Made by a program: the position numbers and the translations under genes. A DNA stretch of 64,000 nucleotides from Phyllosticta citribraziliensis (Eukaryota): positions 1,674,001-1,738,000 of the forward strand of contig NW_027117346.1 in NCBI RefSeq assembly GCF_038025025.1. Reading direction: 5' to 3'. Positions 1 through 11,116 of the stretch are shown here, piece by piece (position 1 is the first letter of the stretch; each line of letters starts with the position of its first letter). A model generated the notes under the pieces. That model ran no database searches. It was not told where the DNA came from and saw nothing but the letters and a program-made list of their open reading frames with translations.

Positions 1-886
1 CATGTGGTGGGTGCCAGACAACATGACTCTCTGGCAGAGGCTAGCAGACGCTGCTGTCGTCGTGGTCGTGAAACTGCCATGGCACGTGTTGGGAGCAGGC
101 AGTCAAGAGTCAGATGCGGGTCAGTGCTCGGGTTGCAAATATAGAAAGATTTGGCAGCAGCGGTTGGCAATTGGAGGACAGCGCATCCCCAGAGCTGCGC
201 AGCTAGGAGTCTGGGGTGTTGAGTTGGCCTAGCATGGCAGGACAGAAGCTGGCCTGAGAGCGGAGCGATAGGTCTTTGCCGAAACACATACATGGTCAAG
301 TCAGGACGCGGAGCTGGCGGAGCTGGCGGAGGCGGACTGGTGCAAATTGCCAAGTGACCGAAAGAGTCCAGATGCGAAAGGGACGACCATGACAGCGTCA
401 GGAACGGCACTGCATCGAAGGGGACTTGGTTGTCACATGAGGATGGGCAACCCTTGTTGCAAGCCAAATGAGACGGGTACGTACGTGGACAGTGACGATG
501 GTGAGTTTTGCCGGACCATGGTGGTTACATGACCATGGGGCGGAACAGCGAAGAGAGCAGACAGAGACGACAGGGCCTAGACGTGTTTAGCGCGGGGCGT
601 TGGTTGCGAGAGGGGATTGAACGAAGGGCCGATGGTGGTGGAGGACCTGAAGAAAACGGCGGCCGACGAGGCAGAGCAGGTTGAGAGAAGCTGACCACAC
701 AGAGACGGCGGAAGGCCAACAGTTGAGGCCGATCGTTATGGCGCAGAGGGAGCAGCGTGCATGCTGGTCTTGATCGAGAGATGAGGAGCAGCCCTGTCGT
801 CGGGCGAAAAGGGCACCCCCCTGCTCTGGCGCCAGGAGAGAGAGCCAGGCATGGAGGCGGGAAACGGAGAGGGAGGGAGGTAGATG

Positions 887-930
887 CGGTGCGATGCGAT
901 GCGATGCGAAGCGAAGCGATGCGATGCGAT
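887..930. repeat. (GCGAT)n pentanucleotide microsatellite, imperfect
   Basis: gcggtgcgatgcgatgcgatgcgaagcgaagcgatgcgatgcgat read directly. Confidence 0.8.
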
Positions 931-1336
931 GGCGCAGGACTTGGACGTGGTCGTGAGAGATGCAAGCGGGGCGAGGGCAGCGAGAATGCAGAGGAGCTCA
1001 CTCAGAGAGAGAGAGAGGGTCGAGTGATGGCTGGGCTGGGCTGCGGTGGGCTGGGCAGGCGGGCAGCAGCAGCGCTTGGACGTAGTAGTAGTAGGTGCGT
1101 GGATGCGGAGCGGAGGATGTGGATGGGATGTGGATGGGTCTGGGATGGCCTCGCTGACATGGGACGTGAATGTTTTGGCGATATTGCGCGCTGCAGCCTG
1201 ACTAAGCTGCGACTGAGGGCGAGTCAGTTAGGTTCCTTGGTGGGTGCCGTGCTGGGGCCGCGGGCAGCCACTTGCTGGCGATGTGCGAGGTGATGATTTG
1301 GGTGTTATTTGGGAGGGAGAGAGAGAGGGCGAGACG

Positions 1337-1340
<4 letters not shown>

Positions 1341-1428
<88 letters not shown>
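1341..1428. repeat. Long perfect (GA)n microsatellite (~43 units)
   Basis: Uninterrupted gagaga run. It produces the spurious poly-ER/poly-SL ORFs in the track. Confidence 0.97.
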
Positions 1429-1433
<5 letters not shown>

Positions 1434-2135
1434 ACCGGGACGAGGAAAAGAGTGGTCGACGACGAGGACTGGCTACAGTACCATACCTGACAGGCTGTAG
1501 AAACAAACAACACCATGGCCAGAGAGGGCAGAGGGCAGAGGGCAGAGGGCACCACCGGCAGCAGCACCAGCACCAGCGGCTTTGCGCGGGACGGCTACAA
1601 GTGCAATCCATGGGGCCAGTGATTGGATTTGGCTCTCGCAACGGCGCGCGCGATTCCAGAACGAATCGCGCACCAAACCCCCCCCCTCCCCCCTCGTCGC
1701 CGTCGGAGCCTCCCGCGCGCGGTGCCTGGCCTCTGCGCTCTCTCTCCTCTTCACCTCTGAACGCCAACGCCAACGCCAACGCAAGGGCTCCAGCTGGGAG
1801 TATCCACCCGCTACCGGCCAAACACCCCATCCCTATCCCTGAAGCGGCATCGCCTGAAGCCCCGCGAGGATCATCCTGTCCCGACTCCACCGTGCCCTGC
1901 TTCCCATCATCCCACACCTAAAAGGGACCGCGCGCCGACCTCGTCTATCCATCACTCGCCCTCCCGAGCCCAACGCCCTACCACTCCTCACACACACCTC
2001 TATTGCTTTTGTAAGACGCCCGTCCTCCGCCCATTCCTCTCCGTCTCACCTCCGCCGCTACCTCGACCTCGCGTTGGCCCGACACGTGAGCGTCGTCACC
2101 TCCCCGCCGCCCACTCCACCACCCGACTGCGCTAT

Positions 2136-4239
2136 ATGCTGCGCGTTCTGCACCCCGAGTCCCGCTTTGGTGGGGACCACTACCGTGAAAACGTGGTGGG
2201 AAGAGACGCCTTCGCCGGCTCCCTTCACCTCAACTCGCTCAAGCATCCTTCGTCCTCGCCGCCCTCGTCGGTAAGTTCACTCCTCTCTCTCGCTCTCGAC
2301 AACACCCCCGGCTCCGCCTCATGCCCGCCCGCATAAGCTCCACCCTTCTTTAAGCTCCACGTCCTTCCCCTTCTGGCTCCACCACCGATCCACCGTTGCC
2401 TAATCCAGTGTCCAGACCGCTGCCATGGACTTCCACGACGATCATAGGGCTGCCACTGCCACTACTCCGCGCAACCTCGTCCCCATGCGCTCTGCCGGTG
2501 GATATATGCCCCCCACCAGCAGTCCTGCCCACTCCCCGAGCGGGCCCTACCCGCCCTCCATCACTGGCGTCCGTCACGACAGCACCTTTTCTCCTCCATA
2601 CGGCGCCGACTCTCCCCTCAATTCCTCCCCGTCCTACTTTCCTCAGGCAATTTCAACCCCCAAGAACTTGGGCCTGATTCCACGCTCGAACCCCATTCCC
2701 AGCCACGCCCTCAGCCAGCAGCGTTTTGCCACCGGGAGCTATGCCGACTCTCAGACCAGCGACAGCGACCGCGGTGTTGCAACCAGGCACACGAGCGCCT
2801 CTCCCGCCGCTCCTCACGTCGGCTCAATCCCCCCCGTCCCCTCCAATCTCAATGCAAACATGCAGCCAACCTGGCATGGCTTCGTCCACACCACTTCAGA
2901 CGCCTTGACCATCATCGAGGCATGTTTGAACGGTACCCTCATCCATTGCCCGCGACGGCCCCACGACAGGGAGAGGGCGTCATTGATTCGCAGCGGCTCC
3001 GTCTTTGTCTATGAGGAAACGACGTCGGGAATCAAGAGGTGGACCGACGGTCTCTCTTGGAGTCCGAGCCGAATCATGGGCAACTTCCTGGTCTATCGCG
3101 AGCTCGAGCGCCCGTTCCCACCAGGAGAGAAGAAGCGGGCGAATCGGGCCAGAAACAAGAGCGCCCGCTCGGAGCCATATTCGCGCACCAGCAACCCGAC
3201 GCACTACAACGAAGAACCGCCATTTGAGATTCCCAATTCCAAGGACCGCAAAATCACCGGCTCCCTGGTTGATTCGTACGACTTCAAACGCGGGGGCTTG
3301 CTCAAGCGGACGCTCAGCGTCACCGTCAACGGTTGCACTCACCACCTGATTGCCTACTACACCATCGAAGACGCCAAAGACAACTCGACGTTGTTCCGCC
3401 CCGGTCACGACCATCGCCTGGCCAACTGCCACCCTCGCAAGGAGCTCGTCACCGACCAAAAATTCAGGAGTAAGTGCCCTGATTCCACTAGACACAATTT
3501 TTTTCTGACGAGGCCAGGTCCCATTCAAGACCCTGACGATGTTGTGCCCTATGGCGCTCCCTTTATGTCCATGGGCCCCATGCCTGGAGCGCACCTAGGG
3601 TCGTACGCCTCCCAGTACCATCCACAGCATTCGTACCAGCCCGTCATCCCTGGACTGCCGGCCCACACAGCTTGGGGGCACACTTCATCTCAGTCAATGG
3701 GCAGTCTGTCCGCATCGTCCAGCGGATCCTACGGCGGGTTGCCTTCGAGCTCTCCAAGTCCTGGAAGCATGTTTGGAGGCATGGGTCATGGCGCGCATTT
3801 GATACATGGAAGTCGACCGTCTGGTGAGCTTGTCAGTCCGCTGAATAGTCTCCACTTGAGCTCCTCCCCTGGGCACCAGTCGCGGTACCCGGTTGAAAAT
3901 GTTGCACCACCTCCCGTCTCCGGGTCGTCTCTCGATTATCAAAGTTTCTCGGCTGAGTCTTCCTACCCGACGGCACAGGGTTCAGGTTTTAGTCACGGCT
4001 TCGGTTTTGATCAGTCCGGTCAGGCGATGCCTCACCAGAACCATTTCCATGGCGGCGTAGGCGAGGTCAAGGAGGAACCTCAGGTCGCATCCGAAAGTTA
4101 TCTGGGCGAAGGTCCCGGCCAAATGCTCACATCTGGGTGTTTTCCTGGTTACCCAAACTCGGACCCGCACCACACACGACACGACACGATGAGCGCCTTT
4201 GACGAAAAGGCGCCAAACTTTTCCAACCATTTCAACTAG
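2136..4239 (+). CDS. WOPR (Gti1/Pac2) family transcription factor, Wor1/Ryp1/Sge1 type. Predicted join(2136..2270,2416..3469,3518..4239); alternative start at ATG 2425
   Basis: WOPRa motifs PTWHGFV..T.DAL.IIEAC, RRPHDRER..LIRSGSVFVYEE..SGIKRWTDG.SWSPSRIMGNFLVYREL and PFPPGEKKRA. WOPRb motif GSLVDSYDFK.GGL.KRT.SV.VNG..HHLIAYY. Introns GTAAGT..CTAAT..CAG (2271-2415) and GTAAGT..CTGAC..CAG (3470-3517). The first exon is less certain than the rest. Confidence 0.92.
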
Positions 4240-5239
4240 CCTCGACGTCTCCCCTTTCTGTTCTGACGAAGTTAAGGTCTGGCGTTTGGTGTAGTGTATC
4301 AGATGTTGACTGTCCCGATTTCTGGTTTATACTTGGCGCGTTCGACCACATCGATCCGGGTCAAACTTCCCGTAATTAGGAGTTTGTGTTATCAACGGAT
4401 ATGTCGAATGTTTTGTCTTTGATCACCTGGGGAGCGCATTGCTTTCTTACCACGTTCGGGAGCTGTGCATGGACTTGTCCAGGTGATTTCACGATACCCC
4501 AGTTCAAGCGCGCCGTCAAAAAATAATCATTCCTTGCTGCAACTTTTGTTGTTCTAGTCGATGCCTGACGGCTTTTGTGTGCGCTTTGTCCACTTGCTGG
4601 GCCCGTAGCGTGGGCGGAAAATGAGAATTTTGATCAATACTTCTCGAGCGTCTGTGATGGTGATTGGAATGGCACAGGGGCAAGCACGCGGTCCTGGGAG
4701 GACAGTGCTTGTGCGGGTAGTTTCAGTGAGCGGGGAGGAGGTTGCATGCGGGCTTCAGTAGCGACAGAGCAGAGGGGCTCCAAGAATAGCGGCACATCTC
4801 GATGAATGAACAAGTCTCGAGCATATTGCGCAGTGGTTCGTGCGGATGGTTTGGGCGTGGACACGGAGACCCCGTTTTCCCCAGATTCGACTGGCTTGGG
4901 TTGGGTTGGGGGTGCACGGGGCGCGTGGGCGCAAGGAGCGGCCTCTCAGGGCTCGGGCGCGGCAGGCACGCGGTCAGGAAGGCCAGGTTGGCAACCGGAC
5001 GGTGCTGAGTTTGTGTCAGCCTCGATGTGATTGATGATGGTGGGGGGTTGTGGATATGCTTTGAGCTACCGACGTCGACGTGCCGACGTCTGCTGGCCAC
5101 CTCCCTTACTTACCATACCTTAGCGACGTCGAGCCGGCCCGCCGAGCGGCGCGCGTCAACCACTTCTCGAGCTCGCCCGGTGAGTTTCTTTTGAGTGCCG
5201 TCGGTACTGCGAGACGACAACGACTGGCAGAGCAAGAAA

Positions 5240-5240
5240 C

Positions 5241-5275
<35 letters not shown>
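5240..5275. repeat. (CGA)n trinucleotide microsatellite
   Basis: cgacgacga run upstream of the cardiolipin synthase gene. Confidence 0.9.
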
Positions 5276-5514
5276 CAAGCCGACGGCCGGCACGTATGAA
5301 CGAGTCGAGCGGACGGCTCGCTACACAACTCTGCGCGACGCACGCGCCCTCTGCTCGCGGCATCTTCGCACGTCCGTCAGGTCCTCCCTCCATCAACCTC
5401 TACCGACCACCACTCCCCCGTCTCGAATCGTCAAATCCCGACCAGCCATGCCATGGAAGCAATGGCTCGTCTCTTGCCCATTTCCAGAAGCCTGCCTGCT
5501 TCAGTAACCCCCCG

Positions 5515-7772
5515 ATGTCTGCAGGCTTCCGGCTTCTCCCACATCGACCTGTCCGTCGGGCACCACTACCGCACGTGCTGTCGTCCAGCCTCTCACCTCG
5601 ACCGGAGCCGTCGGAGTCTGTTGGGCCTGCACACCTCCAAGGACCCTCGCTCCATGCTCGCAGCAACCAAACGGCTCACCAGCTCTGCCTTCCCTACCCT
5701 TCTGAGGTCAGTCCGTGGACTTCTCCGCCGTGTCGTCACATCTTGATACCACCCCAACTCGTCATTACTCATGCGCAGAGCAGGTCGCTGTCCTCGACTG
5801 CTATCAAAAGTGCTTCTCCGGGAAAGCCCAGCAAGCCGCCAGGGGAACAACCCTCTCAGAAGGTGAGCCGACTCTCTAAACTCATCTATCCGTCTTCCTA
5901 TCTCAAGAAAAACTACGACCCTGCATCTGTTGTCGTTCATGCTTTTGTCAACGTCCATCGTGTTTCTTGCCCCTTTCCAGCTTCTTCATGTCGTCGCCGT
6001 CGGCATCTGCCGCGCCAGCCTCTGAGGAATTCCACGAACCCCCCCTTCGCGGCAGTTTCATGTCGAGGCCGTGCAGTCCTAGGACATGCGTCCTGTCCTG
6101 ACTCTTGGATTTTTTCCATTGGACGCCCGGGCACGTATCATGTCAAGCATGGACATATGGCGCCTTCATTTACCACTTCTCTGGCACCTCTCTTCCTCCC
6201 TGCCACATCTTGCTCGTATTGCTGTCCATGACACTCTTCTCCAAGGATTCCATGTCGTCCTCGTCCTTGCGTACATCACTAACGACTCGTGGCCTCCCAG
6301 CACCAGCCGAAGAAGCCTCTTCTGGAAAAGACCAAGGAGCTGCGGCAACAGATCAAGTCGCTGACCACTCACGAGCAAATATGGAACGTGCCCAATGTCC
6401 TGACCTTGTCACGGCTTGTCGCGGCGCCTGCTGTCGGGTACCTGATTCTCCATGACCAGCATGCGTGGGCTTTGGGTCTCTTCGCATATGCCGGCATCAC
6501 GGACCTCGTCGACGGGTGGATTGCTCGGCGGTGGCAGCTGCAGACGGTCGTGGGCAGTGTCGTTGATCCCATGGCCGACAAGCTGCTGATGGCTGTCACG
6601 GTAGCATGTCTGGCTGCCAAGGGAGCTTTGCCTGGTGCGTGCCGCTGCCCTGCCACACATCCCCCAAACCCCCCACATCCGCAAGCTTCCGCAGCCCAGC
6701 CAGCCCCCGCCCCGCTCCGGTCCACCCTCCCTCTCCACCCCGCATCTTGCCCTCTGATCTCGCTTCGTATCCCCTTCCTTGGCTAGTTGCAGATGGATGG
6801 CGGTGCACTAACAGCCTGCTGCCTACTCCAGGGCCGTTGGCGATTCTCATCTTTGGCAGAGACGCCTCTCTGGCCGTTGCCGCCATCTACTATCGTTACG
6901 CCTCATTGCCGTCGCCCAAGACATTTGCCCGATACTGGGACTTTTCCCTGCCGTCGGCAGAAGTCCATCCGACGACCGTATCCAAAGGCAACACGTTCCT
7001 CCAGCTGGCGCTGATCGGCCTTACGCTCCTCTTCCCCGTCATAGCTCACTACGCCACCGTCGCCAATGACTCCGAATCAAAATCTGCTTCCGAAACGGGA
7101 CACCAATCCCTCGTCGCTGGCTCCCCTGTCGCTGCCTCCGCCAAAGATGTCGCTGTCCGACCGCTCTCCGCCGACGGGTCAGCGCCAGGCGCACACAAGC
7201 CCGAAGACGCTGTCACTCCCAACCTCGCCGTTGATGCTGGAAAAGACGCGCTCCAACGAGTCGAGCGCCAGCAGCACCAGTTCGCGAAGCAACTCGACGA
7301 CGGCAAGCATATCGCACTTTCTCGAGACGCCACCAGCACGCGGGGCGACGCTCAGCCATCTCCATCACCACAACACCAGCAACAGCGGCACGCAAACACA
7401 TCCCCAACCTCCTCACCTGCGCCCAAAAGCCAAACTCAAGACGTCAAAAACAACAATGGCGGCGCAACCTCGTCTACCACCGCTGCCGCCTCCCTCGCGC
7501 AATCCGTATCCGACCTCCCCTCCCTCGTCATCTCGTCGGTGACGGCATTGCAGTTCCTCGTTGGCGCCACAACTGTCTGGAGCGGCTTCAGCTATGCCGT
7601 GCTCAAGAACGCCGTCACCATTTTGGGCCATGACGAAGCGCTCAAGAAGCGCCAGGGTGCTCTCGGCCGCCGCATCATTGGAAGCAGCTTTGCGGCCGTC
7701 TGCGTCGGCGCCATGGCTTGGGCTGTCTTCGTCGATGGCTGGTTGAAGGACGACGATGAGCGGGAAGTGTAG
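5515..7772 (+). CDS. CRD1: Cardiolipin synthase (CDP-alcohol phosphatidyltransferase). Predicted join(5515..5706,5779..5862,6301..6634,6832..7772)
   Basis: IWNVPNVLTLSRL; CDP-OH-P-transferase motif DLVDGWIARRW...GSVVDPMADK; GRD...YYRYASLPSPKTFARYWDFSLPSAEVHPT.VSK.NT.LQ. Arg/Ser-rich N-terminus resembling a mitochondrial presequence. All three introns are GT..AG and keep phase. The 5' exons are less certain. Confidence 0.88.
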
Positions 7773-8367
7773 CTTTTGGGCTTGCCGTCTTCACGTTTTC
7801 GACGTCATCGTTGGGTGAAGGAAGGTTAGGCTGGAGATGTCGGGTCGGAGCAGTGTTGTGGTTGGGCACTGCGCGGCCAAGTCTGCCACCCGAGCAGTGT
7901 GACGATGTTTGAAAAGGGATAACGTGTACGACGAAGAAGTAAACTGGGCATGCGTGGATTGGGCACACCAAAAGCTCTACATTGTTGGTTCATGAAGCAC
8001 GGTTAGTGACGTGGACAGTACATTTGCAAGGTTCACACGCTACGCTGCTTTCCTTTTGCTGCGGTTTTGGCATCTGGCGAATAGTTTCGCGGTACCCGTA
8101 TTGTAGGATTTGCAGGATGATGATGACACGGCACGGCGTACATGCGCAGCGCATCATGATTTTTGCAGAGCGTTCCGTTCCAACAAAGTCGAAAAAAGCA
8201 TCGCCTCGCAAAAAGCTAAATGCAAAGAAACACCCCGAACCATCCTGGTCGAGGCGAGCATCAGGCCTTTCTTTGGTCAAACCAACCAAGCAAGCACCTA
8301 CCGTAGATACGACAAGCAAGCAAGCGCGTGACGCCTTGAACAACGACATGATGGCAGTGTGTGATGC

Positions 8368-8474
8368 GTGTGTGTGTGTGTGTGTGTGTCTGTGTGTGTG
8401 TGGTGCTTCAACCATCCTATTCGCCTGCGAAGTGTGCGAAGAAACCAAACAACAAGGATTCAAGCGTCTCTCTC

Positions 8475-8520
<46 letters not shown>
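8368..8520. repeat. (GT)n microsatellite (8368-8402) and (CT)n microsatellite (8467-8520)
   Basis: Read directly. Confidence 0.9.
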
Positions 8521-8525
<5 letters not shown>

Positions 8526-9966
8526 CTCTTACCTCATTCGCCATGTGCTGTCCGCCAATCAATCCGCGCGCGCACACACAAGCGGCCAAAGCAATCAAGC
8601 TGACCCAGGCAGCTGTTCATTAGCTACATACATGCAGTGTCGATGGCAAGGTAAGGTATGCGATGTAGCTACCTACAGCGGCCCGGGCAATGACAGCGCT
8701 AGCCGCGATAGACGCGGACGTCGGTCGACCGTCCGGGGCCTGCGGGTGCCGCTTATCCGCCGGCCGGCTGCGGTGGGCTAAGGCAGCGCCAAGGCATGGT
8801 GGGTGGCAGCTTTTTGTTCTTCTTGGACTGCCTGTGATAGATGGATGTATGGATGGATGGATGGGTGGGTGGACAGCTGTCGACTTAGCTGCGTACATAC
8901 CTTACTACTACTGACATACCTACCTTGTCTTGCCCACATACATTTTCCATCTACGTACGCACGCACGCACGATGTATGCGCCTTGCCACGCAGCCAGCAG
9001 CAGCAGCGGGGTACGGAGCTAAACAGCTAGCTACGTTGGCTAGGTAGGTATGCAGCCCTACTCATGGCGGTGGTGATAGGTCCGGACGTCAGTGCCGCGT
9101 CCACATGTATGCAAGACATCTTTTTTCTTCCACCTATATTCATTCGTTATTCCCGGCTGGCTGGCTGGCGGACTTCAGATCAAGACACCGCGCGTCACAC
9201 TGCACACCGCACTCCTTTTTCCCGCTTGCTTGCCCGCCCTTCTCGAACTACTCAGACTACACATGCATACAGTACCAAGATGCTAACAAACGAGGCTAAT
9301 GCAGCCCAGAACGGATGCATTTAGCCACATATCAATCTTGCCCGTCCAACGATCAATCAGATTTACCACTCCGCCCCTCCTCCTCCTCCTCCTCCTCCTC
9401 CTCTTGGGCTGTCCGCAGCTACGGTAGCCAGCCAGCCAGCCAGCCAGCTAGCCAAACTTGCTTGCTTGCCTCACCTTTTCTCCCGCTGCTTCTCCGCTGC
9501 GTCGCCGCGCCGCGCCGACGCCGTTGCCGATGCTGATACTGATACTGAGACGCCGAGACGCCGATGTCCGACGGACGTTCTGACTGCTGTACATACAGGC
9601 CTAGTGGATGGATGGATGGATGGTACGGTATGGCATGGCATGGACGTGTCTCGGGTCATTTTTCGTCCCAAAGCCAGCCCATCCATTCATCCACCCAATC
9701 GTCTTCTGCTGTCTTTGCCGCATTTCGCCAACGCTGTTTGTCATTGACATTGATGACGGTGATGACGATGACGCCAGCGGCTGTAGCGCCGCAACATCAC
9801 GTCTGCGGACCCACGCGGGCGTCACTTTTGCACACACGAGGTGCGTGAGTGCGTGAGTGAGTGAGTGTCTGCCGCGGACACGGCGAGCCGCGCGTGACAT
9901 GCATGGGCTGGTGGGGCAGGCAGACGTGTACGTACCACAAAAAGGACGGACTGGCGAACAGGCAGA

Positions 9967-10363
9967 CGGGCAAAACTGTCGGCGGACCAGCCAGCGGACG
10001 GGCTAGGAGGAAGAAGATGAAGAAGAAGAAGAAGCAGTCAGTATAGACGAGTGAGCAGCACATGGATGACGAACGACAAATGTGGGGGGGGCCTCCAAAA
10101 GGCTTGTTGTTTCTTGATTACATAGATATACGTGCACGTCGTACGTGGGCTGGTGGCCAGGCCGATATGTACGGACGTAGATGGGCGCCGCGACCAAAAG
10201 ACGAATAGGCGGGCAGACTGTCGGCGGACCAGCGGACGGGCTAGGAGGAAGAAGAAGCAGTCAGTATAGAAGAGTGAGCAGCACATGGATGACGAACGAC
10301 AAATATGGGGGGCCTCCAAAAGGCTTGTTGTTTCTTGATTACATAGATACACGTGCTCGTCGT
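9967..10363. repeat. Local direct duplication of ~155-175 bp (copy 1 9967-10142, copy 2 10210-10363)
   Basis: Both copies share ctgtcggcggaccag..cggacgggctaggaggaagaag..gcagtcagtataga.gagtgagcagcacatggatgacgaacgacaaat.tggggggcctccaaaaggcttgttgtttcttgattacatagata.acgtgc.cgtcgt. Confidence 0.93.
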
Positions 10364-11116
10364 CTCTTGCCATGGAATGGGTAGTAATCATCATGACGCG
10401 GGCGGTCACAATACGAACGGACGAACGAAGGCATACTAATCACTCGCGACCAGGTCTACTAATCGTTGATGCTGCTGGGTTTGCGTTCGCAGGCCGTGTG
10501 CGTCTCGGAGGTGCGTCATGAAAGAGGAGAAAAGAAGAGGGCTGCGGGGAGGGAAACGAGAGAAGGAATTAGCGGGATAGGTGTTGGGGACGGGGGGAAT
10601 TTATTGATCTTTGTATTGTGCTGTCTGTCTCTGCTACTCGTTTTACTACCGCCAGGCTTTATGTTGGAGGTGGCGGAAACGCGAGAAGGAATCGTTTCAT
10701 TCAGGTAGGAGGTAATAGAGAGAGTCACCGGGAGACAGACGAGAGGCGTCGTTTGAAAGTGAACGCTCTACGGTTTATCGGAGATTCAAGCGCATGGTCA
10801 AGCCCAGTCACCTCCCAAAATCAAGCAAGTCACCTTCATCAAATTCCTTGTGCGTTCAATCCCATATTAAGTATTTTGTCTATCGACTATACATATAGTT
10901 TGCGAGACTCCTTCTATTCATTCGCTTCGTCAGTCTCATAGGCTCATCCCCCTGGACATGCGACGCCAGACTCCTTGCACTTGCCTGAAAACCCGACAAA
11001 AGAAAATCATTAGTCCCTGAAAGACGCGTGTCTACCTCTTGTCCACCTCTTATCATTCTCTCTGGTCTCTTCACATCACTCGAACCTTCCCTTCGACCCC
11101 TGAAAACTCGCAACGT

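Noticed and set aside
1202..1921. ORFs with poly-ER / poly-SL tracts (also 7982-8781)
   Set aside because: These are translations of GA/CT/GT microsatellites.
5863..6300. Intronic snoRNA in the long CRD1 intron (also checked RIM1 intron 21912-22041 and dehydrogenase intron 49337-49531)
   Set aside because: No convincing box C (RTGATGA) plus box D pair with a terminal stem, and no H/ACA architecture, seen by eye.
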